Source: an uncultured delta proteobacterium (GTDB lineage: Bacteria; Desulfobacterota; Binatia; Binatales; Binataceae). From it: 64,000 nucleotides of DNA. The translations under genes and the position numbers were made by a program. The stretch lies in the NCBI GenBank assembly GCA_963765675.1, contig CAVXXK010000003.1, positions 538,136 through 602,135 of the forward strand, given 5' to 3'. The notes beneath the pieces are model-generated. The model did not search any database. It was not told the DNA's origin and saw only the letters and a list, made by a program, of their open reading frames with translations. Positions 9,990 to 20,044 of this stretch are shown in pieces. Position 1 is the stretch's first letter, and each line of letters starts with the position of its first letter.

Positions 9990-12815
9990 TTGAAAATAAT
10001 CCGAATCGAGCGCTTGTTGCCCCGCATCGTCGATGCGCCGCGCGTGCATCATCGAAGTGCATTCAGTTCCGTTCCGAAAATAATTCTCGCGCTGGCGTGC
10101 GCGATGCTCGCGGCGATTTCCACTCCCGCCGCCGCGATCGCGGCGCAGGCGTCCGCATTCAAGATCTATTTCAGCGGGACCGAAAACCTTGTGCTCGATC
10201 GCCTGAGGCTCGACCCGTCGACACATCGCGTGAGCGATCTGGCCGATGCGCAAGCCGCGGTCTTCGACGACGCCCTGCCCGCTCCCGGTCCTGCGCTCGA
10301 CGCGCTCAAGGCGAGAGTGGCGGCCGGCATGGGTGTGGTCATCGTCACAGGGCCGAATACCGATCCTGCCGCGTTGGGGGCTCTGACCGGAGGAGCGATC
10401 ACGCAGACGGGGACGGTGGATGTGCCCACCGGACCGACGCACGCGCAAGAGATCGAGAAACTCGCCGCGATAATCGTTTACACAGGCCCGGCGTCGAATC
10501 CGCTTGCAACCAACGTGAGCTGGAAGTCCGCGGTGCGGGTGCACGAGCGCTCGCTCCTCGCCACGACGCCGGCCGCGACCGTCCTGGTTGCGACCAGCGG
10601 CAAGGATCCGGTGCGCGCGCATACTCCGATCCTGATCGAGATGAAGTCGGGTGCCGGGACGATCTACGTGCTCAACGTATGGCTCCGGCAGGGCGACCAG
10701 CGCGCGCGGATCGCGAGCTATCGCAAGCTGCTCGGCGGGATCGCGGGTGCGCAGAATTACGATTTCCAGCGCTGGGCCTACTTCAACTGGCTCCTCTACG
10801 ACATGTCGCGATCGTCGGCGGGCGTCGCCGCGGCGCCGTACGGGTCATGGATCGGATCGCCGGTGCCGGACACGCAGCAGATCATCTGGCTCGGCGTGAT
10901 CTTCTCGACGATGTTCGCCGCATTCGTGATCTGCTACATCATCGTGCGCCGCTACAGCCTGAGGCATCCCGAGCAGCTCGACCATTTTTATCTGCCGGCA
11001 AAGCAATCCTCGGCACCGCAGCCAGCCTCGCTCGGCGCTGCGGCGGCGGTGCCGATCGCAGCCGAGACTGCGCCGAACCGCGGCGACCCGCGATGGGAGA
11101 AAGTCGGGTTCCATCGCCCGCTCTCCGGCTTCTTCTTCAACTATCTGCTCGCGCTGATTGTCATGATCCCGTTCAACTTCATCGTGACGTTTTACATCGA
11201 GCGCAACTTCGTCAATCCATTCCTCGAGGCGCGCGGCGCGTGGGCCGCCGTCACCCAATTCATGCTGTTCTTCTTTACGCTGCTCGATCTCGGGACCGGG
11301 CAGGCGATGGTGAAATATTTCGCCGAATACCGGGTGAAAGAACCCGGCCGCGCGATCAGCTACGCGCAATTCTTCATCTGGTTTCATGCGATGGCGGGGA
11401 TGTTCCAAATCACGGCGCTCGGACTTATCGCCGCGATCTGGATGCCGCACACCGCGATGGCGTTTCTGACGTGGTTCGTGATCCTGCACACGCTCATCCA
11501 GTTCCCGGGCTTCATCGCGATTTTCTCGAACCTGTTCCGCGCGCTGCAACGCTTCGACTACGCGCAGTTGCTGATCGTCCTAACCTACGTGCTCAATCCG
11601 TTCGTGCAGCTCACCTGCGGCGTCTACGGGCGGCACTGGGGACTGGTGCATCCGGTGTTCGGCGAAGGGATGGGCGTGGTGTTCGGCTTCGCGATCGGCG
11701 GCGTGATCGCGAACCTCTTGATGGGCGCGTTCTGCGCGGTGTTCTACGACAAGATGGGTTTTCGGCTGATCACGATCTTCCTTGCGCACTTCGATCGCGA
11801 CACGGTCCGCAAATCGCTCATCTACGGAATCAAGCTGACCGGCGGGCAGGTGCTGGCCGCGACCTCGTGGGCGCTGGTCCCGGTCATCATGGGAATCCTG
11901 ATTCCGAATTTCCTCGAGCTCAACGAAATCTGGATCCTGACTTACTCGCTGACCTTCGCCTACCTCGAGACCGGCGCCTACATCTTCACCACGCTGATGC
12001 CGTCGATCTCGGAGAGCTATTCGCAGGCGATGATGTTTCTGACGCGGCGCTACCTCGACCAGGGTTTGCGGTGGGGAATAATCGTCACCTCGATGCTGGG
12101 CGGAGCATTTGTCGCGTTCTCGGACATTTTCGTGAACGGACTGCTGCCGCCGCAGTTCGTGCGCGCGGCGGGCGTCATGATGCTGATGCATGTGTGGCGC
12201 GTGTTCGACTTCACGACCCGGATGCCGGATCAGGTGTTCCAGGGAGTCGGACGCACGGGACTGTTCACGATGACCGCGCTGGTGGAAAACGTCGGGCGCG
12301 TCATCCTGTCGTGGTATCTGATCAAATGGTACGGATTCGACGGCGTGTTCTACGCGTTCATCCTGTCGTCGATCATGAAGTCGGCGCTGGCGTGGCCGCT
12401 GATGGGCTACCTGATCGCGTGGCCGTCGATCAGCGTCTGGCAGACGCTAGTCAATCCGATCCTGGCGGCGTTTGGGAACTATGTAGTACTGCACGAATTC
12501 GCGATCGCGGTTTTTCGCGGACCCGGACACGCCGGAAGCGCATGGCTGGTCGTGCTGCTGTGCCTGTTCGGATCGCTGCCGGTCTATATGTTCATCACCG
12601 GGCTGCTTGGATGGGACACTCCCGCGCTGCTGGAATTTCGCGACGCGGCCGAGCTGGTGCCGCCGCCGTTCGGAGCGATCGCGCGGATGGCGCATCGAAT
12701 CGTGCAGTTCGGCTCGATGCTGAGTCCGTTGCAGGATCGATTCCCGGGCCAGTTGGTGGAGGAGGCGGCGGCGCAGGCCAGAGAGTTAACCGCGCTAAAG
12801 GCCGAGATGCATTAG
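9990..12815 (+). CDS. Large membrane protein: signal peptide, extracytoplasmic domain, and C-terminal MOP-superfamily (Wzx/MurJ-like) flippase domain
   Basis: TTG start 7 nt after GGGGAG; hydrophobic leader; about 250-aa soluble domain; one TM; Pro/Ala linker; then about 13-14 hydrophobic segments with flippase-like LDLGTGQAMVKYFAEY and TLMPSISESY. Confidence 0.7.
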   Translation: MKIIRIERLLPRIVDAPRVHHRSAFSSVPKIILALACAMLAAISTPAAAIAAQASAFKIYFSGTENLVLDRLRLDPSTHRVSDLADAQAAVFDDALPAPGPALDALKARVAAGMGVVIVTGPNTDPAALGALTGGAITQTGTVDVPTGPTHAQEIEKLAAIIVYTGPASNPLATNVSWKSAVRVHERSLLATTPAATVLVATSGKDPVRAHTPILIEMKSGAGTIYVLNVWLRQGDQRARIASYRKLLGGIAGAQNYDFQRWAYFNWLLYDMSRSSAGVAAAPYGSWIGSPVPDTQQIIWLGVIFSTMFAAFVICYIIVRRYSLRHPEQLDHFYLPAKQSSAPQPASLGAAAAVPIAAETAPNRGDPRWEKVGFHRPLSGFFFNYLLALIVMIPFNFIVTFYIERNFVNPFLEARGAWAAVTQFMLFFFTLLDLGTGQAMVKYFAEYRVKEPGRAISYAQFFIWFHAMAGMFQITALGLIAAIWMPHTAMAFLTWFVILHTLIQFPGFIAIFSNLFRALQRFDYAQLLIVLTYVLNPFVQLTCGVYGRHWGLVHPVFGEGMGVVFGFAIGGVIANLLMGAFCAVFYDKMGFRLITIFLAHFDRDTVRKSLIYGIKLTGGQVLAATSWALVPVIMGILIPNFLELNEIWILTYSLTFAYLETGAYIFTTLMPSISESYSQAMMFLTRRYLDQGLRWGIIVTSMLGGAFVAFSDIFVNGLLPPQFVRAAGVMMLMHVWRVFDFTTRMPDQVFQGVGRTGLFTMTALVENVGRVILSWYLIKWYGFDGVFYAFILSSIMKSALAWPLMGYLIAWPSISVWQTLVNPILAAFGNYVVLHEFAIAVFRGPGHAGSAWLVVLLCLFGSLPVYMFITGLLGWDTPALLEFRDAAELVPPPFGAIARMAHRIVQFGSMLSPLQDRFPGQLVEEAAAQARELTALKAEMH

Positions 12816-12879
12816 GGCGGGATCGGCGCGAGATCCTGCAAGGCCACTGAGAGAGTATTCAAGCACCAGCCGCGATCGA

Positions 12880-13047
12880 GCAAGGCCGCCCTCACCCGCT
12901 GGAGGCTTCGCGCAGCGAAGCCTCTAGCGACCTCTCCCGAAGGGAGAGGCGCAATCGTCGTCTGCCCCTCTCCCTCCGGGAGAGGGCAAGCGGCGCGGCG
13001 ATTGCTTTTTTCAGCAATCGCCGTGACGCGCGGGTGAGGGCGGCCTT
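12880..13047. repeat. Inverted pair of REP-like palindromic elements (family A) between convergent genes
   Basis: AAGGCCGCCCTCACCCGC...CTCTCCC.AAGGGAGAGG followed by an inverted copy CCCTCTCCCTCCGGGAGAGGG...GCGGGTGAGGGCGGCCTT. Confidence 0.85.
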
Positions 13048-13074
13048 CCTCGATCGCGGCTGCGACCTGATGGA

Positions 13075-13356
13075 CTATCCCCGCCGATAAACCGCGTAGT
13101 CGCGTTGGAGCTTTGCCACGCGATCCTGCATCGAGGGCGAGCGCTGCATCTCGAGAAAAAACTCCACCAGCTCCTGGTGCGCTACCTGCCCGCCGGGACT
13201 CAGGAGCTCCACCAGTTCTTCGATCAGGCTTGGGAACTTCTCGCTCGGAATATAATAGTTGGCCCAGCCGAAGTTGCAGTGGCGATGCAAAATCTTCGCG
13301 ATGGTCTTTTCGAGTTCTTCGCGCCTGCCCGCGCTGTTTTCCCGTTCGTCGCTCAA
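13075..13356 (-). CDS. Hypothetical protein, 93 aa
   Basis: TTG start after GGGGGAG; globular helical composition; 30 nt downstream of the YiiX-like gene. Confidence 0.65.
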   Translation of the reverse strand: MSDERENSAGRREELEKTIAKILHRHCNFGWANYYIPSEKFPSLIEELVELLSPGGQVAHQELVEFFLEMQRSPSMQDRVAKLQRDYAVYRRG

Positions 13357-13386
13357 GGTTGCTCCCCCGCTTGCGGAAATTGCGTA

Positions 13387-14292
13387 TCAGGCGCCCTTCT
13401 TGATCTGGACCGGCGTCAATTCCTCGGCCCACAGGATCTTGTGGTAGTCGAAACGCATGTTCTCGATGATATTGAACTTGACGATCTCGAAATAGGGCGA
13501 CAAGTCGAAATCCCGCGGCGTTACCAGCCACGGCGGAACCGAATGAAACACCCCCGCCGGCAGCGGCGCGGTCCGCCGGCGCCGGATTACCGGCCACAGC
13601 CTGCCCTGCCGGGGAGCCGCCGCGGGGGTTCCGTCGGGCAACTGCTCGTAGCGCGGCACGATCGGGAACCGCACCCGCGCGAAGCATGACGCGATCAGGC
13701 TCGAGCAGATAACGCGGGTCGGCTCGCCGCTGCCGAAGTGCAGCGCCTGGCGGCGAAAGCGCGCCGGGATCAGGCTGACCGGCAGGAAATAGCGCGCGAG
13801 GTCGACCGCGTTCTTGATGTCGTACTGGTCGCCGACGTTGGCGATCGCCTCGTCCATCACCGCGCTGAGATCCTGCGCCGACAAATTGTAGGGACGGCAT
13901 ATGCGGATGTTGAAATCGCGGTAGCGGCTGAGCGGCGACAACACCACGCCCGACTCGACCAGCGCCTCGACCAGCAGGAATTCGGCGTCGTCGCCGTAGA
14001 GCTTCACATACTCGGCGCGCGCCTGCGGATTGCGCCGCAGCGGTTCATCGCCGACGTAGAGTGCCGAATGCGACCACGAGCTCTGGGTCAGGTACTTGAT
14101 GCACTGGCTGATACGCTCGTTGCCCTCGACCAGGATGACGTCGCCCTTGCGGATATGGCGGCGCAAGCTCGCGAGATCGTTGGGCGCGTGGAGATCGTAG
14201 CTTTTGAGCGGCTTGGTAAGAATCGCGACGGCGGCGTCGGCAATCTTTTGCCGCAGCCACGTGATCGGATTGTATGTTTCCGTCCAGGCCAT
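13387..14292 (-). CDS. Permuted papain-like amidase (YiiX/YebB-like NlpC/P60, C92 family)
   Basis: GDVILVEG, WSHSALYVG (His) preceding VICSSLIA (Cys), VTPRDFD: permuted catalytic order. Confidence 0.85.
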   Translation of the reverse strand: MAWTETYNPITWLRQKIADAAVAILTKPLKSYDLHAPNDLASLRRHIRKGDVILVEGNERISQCIKYLTQSSWSHSALYVGDEPLRRNPQARAEYVKLYGDDAEFLLVEALVESGVVLSPLSRYRDFNIRICRPYNLSAQDLSAVMDEAIANVGDQYDIKNAVDLARYFLPVSLIPARFRRQALHFGSGEPTRVICSSLIASCFARVRFPIVPRYEQLPDGTPAAAPRQGRLWPVIRRRRTAPLPAGVFHSVPPWLVTPRDFDLSPYFEIVKFNIIENMRFDYHKILWAEELTPVQIKKGA

Positions 14293-14403
14293 GAAGTGGG
14301 CTTGAGCGGCCGCTTTCCCGATGCGGCGCACAGCCGTCATCTCTAATTGAATATACGAGCGAACAGGACCCTGAGACAAGGCGGAACGATCTCGGGCGCT
14401 GCA

Positions 14404-14447
14404 CCCCCTCCTTTAATCCTCCCCCGTGTCGGACAACGGGGGAGGAA
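14404..14447. repeat. Short REP-like hairpin related to family A
   Basis: CCCCCTCC.TTAATCCTCCCCCG-tgtcggacaa-CGGGGGAGGA. Confidence 0.6.
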
Positions 14448-14459
14448 TCAGCGATATAG

Positions 14460-15485
14460 CTACAAGCGGGGTTGGCCGACTATTGCGTAGAACGGGACGG
14501 TGATCGACGGTTGGTCGGGGTCGTCGGTTTTGATCGTTATCTGGCCGCGGAGCTGGCCCTCCGGGGCGCCGCGGTTTAGCGTCACCGTGATTTTGTATTC
14601 CTTGCCTGGAGTTACCGGCGCATAGGTTACGCCGACGGTCGGTTCCGAGCTTTTGACGTCCAGGATCTTGACGTCGCGCGGGCCGATGTTCTTGAGCGCG
14701 ATCAGGCGGACTACGTCCTGACCCTTCGGCGCGATTCCGAATGAGACCTGCGCGGGATCGGCGGTCAGGTCGCCGCTGATCGTTCCGAATACGTCGATCT
14801 GAATCGGCACGCGGTTGGTCACGACCTTAATCGTGTCGTCGAAGCTGCCGGCCGGCATCGTCTTTTCCAGCGTCACATGAAGAATCGCGCCGGGCTTCTT
14901 GTCGGTGCGCGGCGCTTGCACCACCTTTATCGACGAATTGGAATTGGTGACCGGTCCGACCTCGAAGCCCTTGCGCGCGGTCAGGTCGTCGATCGTCACG
15001 TCCTGGGTGACCTCGGTTCCCTTGCGCACAGTCCCAAACGAAACTTGCGAGGGTGTGGCGGAGACCTGCTGCTTGACGATTCCCTGCATCGTCATCACCG
15101 CCTGCGGGACATCGGGATCATTGGTGAAGGCGGTGATGGTACGAATCTGATGGCCTTTCTGAAAGTGGGTGTCGAAGCCGACGTCGATGTTGGTCTCTTC
15201 GCCGGGAGCGAGATGGTTTTTGTCCGGCGTCGCGGCGGTGCATCCGCACGAGGTTTTGACTCCGCGAATCAGGAGCTCGCCCTTGCCCGCGTTCTTGATC
15301 CTGAACGTATGCTTGACCATCGTGCCTTCGAGCGCCGAGCCGAAATCGAACAGCGGATTTTCGACCTCGGCTTTGGGCTGAGGTCCCGGAGGCGCGGCGT
15401 TGGCGCCGGGGATATCGGGCGACTGGGCGCGTGCGGTGCCTATCGAGATAAAGCAGATCAGCAGGGCAAGAAAAAATCGGCGCAT
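14460..15485 (-). CDS. Secreted DUF1573 (Ig-like repeat) protein
   Basis: Signal peptide MRRFFLALLICF..A-Q; FDFG...HTF.IKN.G...L.I..VKTSCGCT; three Ig-like repeats. Confidence 0.85.
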   Translation of the reverse strand: MRRFFLALLICFISIGTARAQSPDIPGANAAPPGPQPKAEVENPLFDFGSALEGTMVKHTFRIKNAGKGELLIRGVKTSCGCTAATPDKNHLAPGEETNIDVGFDTHFQKGHQIRTITAFTNDPDVPQAVMTMQGIVKQQVSATPSQVSFGTVRKGTEVTQDVTIDDLTARKGFEVGPVTNSNSSIKVVQAPRTDKKPGAILHVTLEKTMPAGSFDDTIKVVTNRVPIQIDVFGTISGDLTADPAQVSFGIAPKGQDVVRLIALKNIGPRDVKILDVKSSEPTVGVTYAPVTPGKEYKITVTLNRGAPEGQLRGQITIKTDDPDQPSITVPFYAIVGQPRL

Positions 15486-15514
15486 GGTTCGCTCCGGAAG
15501 CTGCGCGGCGGAGA

Positions 15515-16906
15515 TCAAGAGGCCTTCTCGGCGGCGACGGCGCGAGCGTCGGCGTCGTGGGCGGCGGCCGGCATATAGCGGGTGAGAAAATCGGTCGCGA
15601 AATCGCCGCGGATAAAATCGGGGTCGTGCAGAATCTTCAAATGCAGCGGGATGTTGGTCTTGATTCCGTCGATCACGTACTCGCGCAACGCCGCCTTCGC
15701 CCGCGCAATCGCGAGCGCGCGCGTGTCCGCATGGACGATCAGCTTGGCCACCAGCGGATCGTACTGCACCGGCACTCGGTAGCCGTCATATAGCGCGGTT
15801 TCGACGCGCACGCCGAGTCCGCCGGGCGGATGATGATTCGAGACCACGCCCGGCGACGGGATATGGCGTTCCGGGTCCTCGGCGTAAATCCGAAACTCCA
15901 TCGCGGCACCCTTGAAGACGACGCTGCGCTGCTTGATTCCCAGCGCCTCGCCCATCGCCATCCGGATACTTTCCTTCACCAGGTCGGTCGAGGTCACCAT
16001 CTCGGTGACGCCGTGCTCGACCTGGATACGCGTGTTCATCTCGATGAAATAAAACTGGCCGTCCGGCGCGAGCAGAAATTCGACCGTGCCGACATTCGAG
16101 TAGCCCACGACCTCGGCGGCGCGGACGGCGGCCTTGCCCATCTTTTCGCGCATCCGCGCGGTCAGGACCGGGCACGGCGATTCCTCGATCACCTTCTGAT
16201 GACGCCGCTGGATCGAGCAGTCGCGTTCGCCGAGATGGATCACGTTGCGATGGCTGTCGGCGAGAATCTGAAATTCGACGTGGCGCGCGCGTTCGAGATA
16301 TTTTTCGAGGTACATCGTGCGCGAGCTGAAGGCGGCTTCGCTTTCGCCGCGCGCGATCGGGAACAGGCGCTCGAGCTCGCCGCGATCGCGCGCGATACGC
16401 ATGCCCTTGCCTCCGCCTCCGGCCGCGGCCTTGATCAGGACCGGAAAGCCGAGCCGGGCGCCGTCGGCGAGCGCGTCTTTGACTTCGGTGACGCCTTTGC
16501 CGTCGCTGCCGGGCAGGACGGGAACGCCGGCGCGCTTCATGATCCGGCGCGCGCGAGGCTTGTCGCCCATCAGGCGGATATGGCGCGCGCGCGGTCCGAC
16601 GAATTGCAGGCCCGAGCGCTGGCAGGCCTCGGCGAAATCTCCGTTCTCGGACAGGAAGCCGTAGCCCGGATGGAGCGCATCGGCGCCGTAGGTCAGCGCG
16701 GCGCTCAGAATCGACGGGATATTGAGATAGCTGTCTTCAGCGGCGGGCGGACCGATACAGACCGACTCATCCGCCATCCGGACGTGCAGCGCGTCCTTGT
16801 CGGCAGTCGAAAAGACCGCGACCGTCGGAATTCCAAGCTCGCGGCAGGCGCGAATAATCCGGATTGCGATCGTGCCGCGATTTGCGACCAGCAGCTTCTT
16901 GAACAT
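15515..16906 (-). CDS. accC: Acetyl-CoA carboxylase biotin carboxylase subunit
   Basis: [45 protein letters not shown]. Confidence 0.95.
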   Translation of the reverse strand: MFKKLLVANRGTIAIRIIRACRELGIPTVAVFSTADKDALHVRMADESVCIGPPAAEDSYLNIPSILSAALTYGADALHPGYGFLSENGDFAEACQRSGLQFVGPRARHIRLMGDKPRARRIMKRAGVPVLPGSDGKGVTEVKDALADGARLGFPVLIKAAAGGGGKGMRIARDRGELERLFPIARGESEAAFSSRTMYLEKYLERARHVEFQILADSHRNVIHLGERDCSIQRRHQKVIEESPCPVLTARMREKMGKAAVRAAEVVGYSNVGTVEFLLAPDGQFYFIEMNTRIQVEHGVTEMVTSTDLVKESIRMAMGEALGIKQRSVVFKGAAMEFRIYAEDPERHIPSPGVVSNHHPPGGLGVRVETALYDGYRVPVQYDPLVAKLIVHADTRALAIARAKAALREYVIDGIKTNIPLHLKILHDPDFIRGDFATDFLTRYMPAAAHDADARAVAAEKAS

Positions 16907-16914
16907 CGCGATGC

Positions 16915-17412
16915 TCAGCCCGCCTCGATAACCATCAGCGGCTGTCCATACTCGATCGCCTGCCCATTGTCGGCGATGATCTTGACCACGCGGCCGCCGG
17001 CAGGCGCTTCGACCTCATTCATCATCTTCATTGCTTCAATAATACAGACGGTCTGGCCTTTGCGCACCGAGTCGCCTTCGTTGACGAAGGGGTCGGAGTC
17101 GGGCGACGGTGAGCGATAGAAGGTTCCGACCATCGGGCTTTCGACCAGCACCTGATTCGGCGCGAGTTCGATCGGCACGGCGATCGGTCCTCCGCTGCGC
17201 GGAGCGGCCGGAGCTGGTCGGGCAGATGCTGACGGTGCCGCGGCAGGAGCGCGCGCGGGCGCAGCGGGCGGAGGCATCGCGGGCGCGACGGCGTCGCCAG
17301 GAGCAGCCGCACGGACCAGGCGAACCTTGCCCTTCTTGTCTTCGATTTCGAGCTCGACCAGCCCGTAATCATTCATCAGTATTATCAGAGCCTTGATCTC
17401 GCGAACTTCCAT
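16915..17412 (-). CDS. accB: Biotin carboxyl carrier protein
   Basis: [13 protein letters not shown] biotinylation motif, Pro/Ala linker (alternative start 17442). Confidence 0.95.
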   Translation of the reverse strand: MEVREIKALIILMNDYGLVELEIEDKKGKVRLVRAAAPGDAVAPAMPPPAAPARAPAAAPSASARPAPAAPRSGGPIAVPIELAPNQVLVESPMVGTFYRSPSPDSDPFVNEGDSVRKGQTVCIIEAMKMMNEVEAPAGGRVVKIIADNGQAIEYGQPLMVIEAG

Positions 17413-17438
17413 CCCCACTCCCGAATTGGCACCAGGTT

Positions 17439-17939
17439 TCATCGAGTTTGCGGCGCGGCCGGCGCCAGCTCGCGCGCGGCGCGCAATGCCAGGTAATAGC
17501 CGGATGCGCCAAAGCCCATAATTCTCGCCACGGCGATATCGGCGATCATCGAGCGATGACGAAAGCGCTCGCGCCGGTAAACGTTGGACAGATGCACTTC
17601 CACGGTCGGCAGCGCCACGGCGCTGAGCGCGTCGCGAATAGCGACGCTGGTGTGCGTGTAGGCGCCAGGATTGATCAATATCACGTCGGCATGGCCGCGC
17701 GCTTGCTGGATCCGATCGACGAGTGCGCCTTCCGAGTTCGATTGATAGCTGGTCACCGCGATTCCAAGCTCGGTTCCGAGGCGCTTGAGCTCGCGGTCGA
17801 TATCTTTGAGCGTGGCCGATCCATAAATCTCAGGCTCGCGCGTGCCGAGCAGATTCAGATTGGGGCCGTGGATAACCAGCGCCTTGAGCGGCCGCGGCGC
17901 GGCATCACGCGCGGGAGCCTCTTTTCGGTTCGTCGCCAT
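17439..17939 (-). CDS. aroQ: Type II 3-dehydroquinate dehydratase
   Basis: [32 protein letters not shown]; classic aroQ-accB-accC order. Confidence 0.95.
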   Translation of the reverse strand: MATNRKEAPARDAAPRPLKALVIHGPNLNLLGTREPEIYGSATLKDIDRELKRLGTELGIAVTSYQSNSEGALVDRIQQARGHADVILINPGAYTHTSVAIRDALSAVALPTVEVHLSNVYRRERFRHRSMIADIAVARIMGFGASGYYLALRAARELAPAAPQTR

Positions 17940-18019
17940 CGCTATGAAACGGGTTCCTCGCGGCATTGAAGCCTACCGCGCCGATGACTGCAAGACGGGT
18001 TTGCGCGAGTGAGGCTCCA

Positions 18020-18883
18020 CTATTCGTGGTCCTTATCCGGATCGTTGCGGTTTTTGATCGCCTGCTGGTAGATCTCGCGGCGGCTCTGGCCGGTCAGCTT
18101 TGCGATTATCGCGCTCGCCTGTTTGAGGCTCACGCCCTCGGCTTGCAGCATCTCGATTGTGACCGCGGAGCCATCGCTCTCAATGCTCTCGTCCGCTCCT
18201 GCGACGACGATCGTGATCTCGCCGAGGGCGGGAGTCTCGCCGAAGCGCCGCGCGAGGTCGCCGAGGTTGCCGCGAATCGTCTCTTCGTAGGTCTTCGTGA
18301 TCTCGCGAACGACGGCGGCCTCGCGATGCTCGCCGAGCGCCGCCGTCATCGCGGCGAGAGTCTCGCCAAGACGGCGGCCAGCCTCGTAGAACACGAGGGT
18401 GCGAGGTTCGCGGGCGAGCGACTCGAGATGCTTCCGGCGCGCGGCACCGCGCGAGGGCAAGAAGCCTTCGAACGCGAATCGGTTGGTCGCGACTCCCGCG
18501 ATCGATAGTGCCGCGATTGCGGCCGACGGACCCGGCACCGCGCGCACCGCGACTCCGGCGTCGAGCGCTGCGCGTACTAATCGGTAACCGGGATCGGAGA
18601 TCGCGGGAGTGCCGGCGTCGGTCACGAGTGCGATCTTTTCGCCGTCACGCAGGTGCGCCACGATCTCGGGCGTGCGCTGCGCCTCGTTGTGCTCGAAGTA
18701 CGAGAGCATCGGGCGCCGAATCTGATGCGCGGCGAGCATCGCCCCGGTGCGGCGGGTATCCTCGCACGCGACGCGATCGGCCTCGGCGAGAACGCGCAGC
18801 GCGCGCGGCGAAAGATCCTCGGGATTTCCGATCGGGGTCGCGACGACGAACAAGACTCCGGAAGTGGGCGCATTCCGATTCAT
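18020..18883 (-). CDS. rsmI: 16S rRNA (cytidine1402-2'-O)-methyltransferase
   Basis: VATPIGNPED, ACEDTR, DAGTPAISDPG, PGPSA, FEGFLP, REITK. Confidence 0.95.
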   Translation of the reverse strand: MNRNAPTSGVLFVVATPIGNPEDLSPRALRVLAEADRVACEDTRRTGAMLAAHQIRRPMLSYFEHNEAQRTPEIVAHLRDGEKIALVTDAGTPAISDPGYRLVRAALDAGVAVRAVPGPSAAIAALSIAGVATNRFAFEGFLPSRGAARRKHLESLAREPRTLVFYEAGRRLGETLAAMTAALGEHREAAVVREITKTYEETIRGNLGDLARRFGETPALGEITIVVAGADESIESDGSAVTIEMLQAEGVSLKQASAIIAKLTGQSRREIYQQAIKNRNDPDKDHE

Positions 18884-19089
18884 CAAGTTTGCGTATTACC
18901 TGCGTTTCCAGCGGACCTGGCTGCGCCCCGGAGTGAAATACAGCAGGCGGCATGGATGCCTTCGACACCAGGATGAGCGGGACCTCGTTGGACGACCGGC
19001 TCGATCGATCCGGTGGGAGTGAAATGCACAGGACTCTTCGCGAGGTTGATCGGATTTTTGATTGGCCGGGCCGTTGTCGTGGCTTTCAT
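18883..19089 (-). CDS. Possible small protein (68 aa) coupled to rsmI
   Basis: AGGAG 8 nt before ATG (MKATTTARPIKNPIN...); its stop overlaps the rsmI ATG (TGATG); no recognisable family. Confidence 0.4.
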   Translation of the reverse strand: MKATTTARPIKNPINLAKSPVHFTPTGSIEPVVQRGPAHPGVEGIHAACCISLRGAARSAGNAGNTQT

Positions 19090-19180
19090 ACCGATTGCTC
19101 CTGGGTGGGGCAGATCAACGGATTGTGCGCCGGCGTATCGCGACATTACAATTGTTCGCGACACTATATCGAGGATCACG

Positions 19181-20044
19181 ATGGCCGCCGCCAAAGCTAC
19201 TTTGCTCATCGCATGCATCGACCGCCCGGGAATTATCGCCAGCGTGGCCGGGCATCTGTTCGCGCTCGATTGCAACATCATCACGTCGGATCAATACAGC
19301 GACGACGAGGACGGCCACTTCTTTTGGCGGATTCATTTCGAGAGCCTGAAACGTCCGATCGCGGACCTCGCGCACGATCTGAAAGCGTCGCTTCCGAAGT
19401 TGTTGCCATGGGAGCAACTGCGATGGCATCTGCACGACGCAGCGCGGCAGGACCGCATGGTGATCATGGTGTCGCGGCTCGGGCACTGCATGATCGATCT
19501 GCTGAGCCGGCATCACGCGGGCGAGCTCGACGCGGAGATCGTCGGGGTGATCAGTAACCATCCCGACCTCGAGCCGCTGGCGCGTCCATTCAACGTGCCG
19601 TTCGAGGTTATTCCGGTCGCGAAGGGCGCGAAGGCCGCGGCCGAGACTGCGCTGCTGGCGCGGCTTGCGGAGCTGCGCGCCGACACGGTGGTGCTCGCGC
19701 GATACATGCAGGTGCTGTCGGGCGATTTTCTGCGCGGATGGCAAAAGCCGATCGTCAATATCCATCACAGCTTCCTGCCGGCGTTCGCGGGCTCGCGTCC
19801 GTATCAGCAGGCGCGCGAGCGAGGAGTGAAGCTGATCGGCGCGACAGCGCATTACGTAACCGAAGAGCTCGACGCCGGGCCGATCATCGCGCAGGCGACG
19901 ACCGCGATCACGCATCGCGACACGGTCGCCGACCTGACGCGCAAAGGGAAGGACCTGGAGGTGATGGTGCTGGCCAAGGCGGTGCGGGCGCATCTTCGCA
20001 AGCAGGTTCTGACGCATCGCAACAGAACGATCGTGTTTGAGTAA
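19181..20044 (+). CDS. purU: Formyltetrahydrofolate deformylase
   Basis: ACT-domain C.DRPGIIA, VLARYMQVLS, NIHHSFLP, GATAHYVT.ELDAGPII. Confidence 0.95.
   Translation: MAAAKATLLIACIDRPGIIASVAGHLFALDCNIITSDQYSDDEDGHFFWRIHFESLKRPIADLAHDLKASLPKLLPWEQLRWHLHDAARQDRMVIMVSRLGHCMIDLLSRHHAGELDAEIVGVISNHPDLEPLARPFNVPFEVIPVAKGAKAAAETALLARLAELRADTVVLARYMQVLSGDFLRGWQKPIVNIHHSFLPAFAGSRPYQQARERGVKLIGATAHYVTEELDAGPIIAQATTAITHRDTVADLTRKGKDLEVMVLAKAVRAHLRKQVLTHRNRTIVFE

Noticed and set aside
10097-12850. 917-aa alternative-frame ORF over the flippase fusion
   Set aside because: Arg/Ala/Gly-rich, no motifs; typical stop-free shadow frame of a high-GC gene
12880-13047. Repeats as a possible CRISPR array
   Set aside because: Copies are dispersed or inverted with no regular repeat-spacer periodicity; no cas genes
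17940-19180. RNase P RNA (rnpB), often adjacent to rsmI
   Set aside because: No GAGGAAAGTCC or other rnpB core motif seen on either flank
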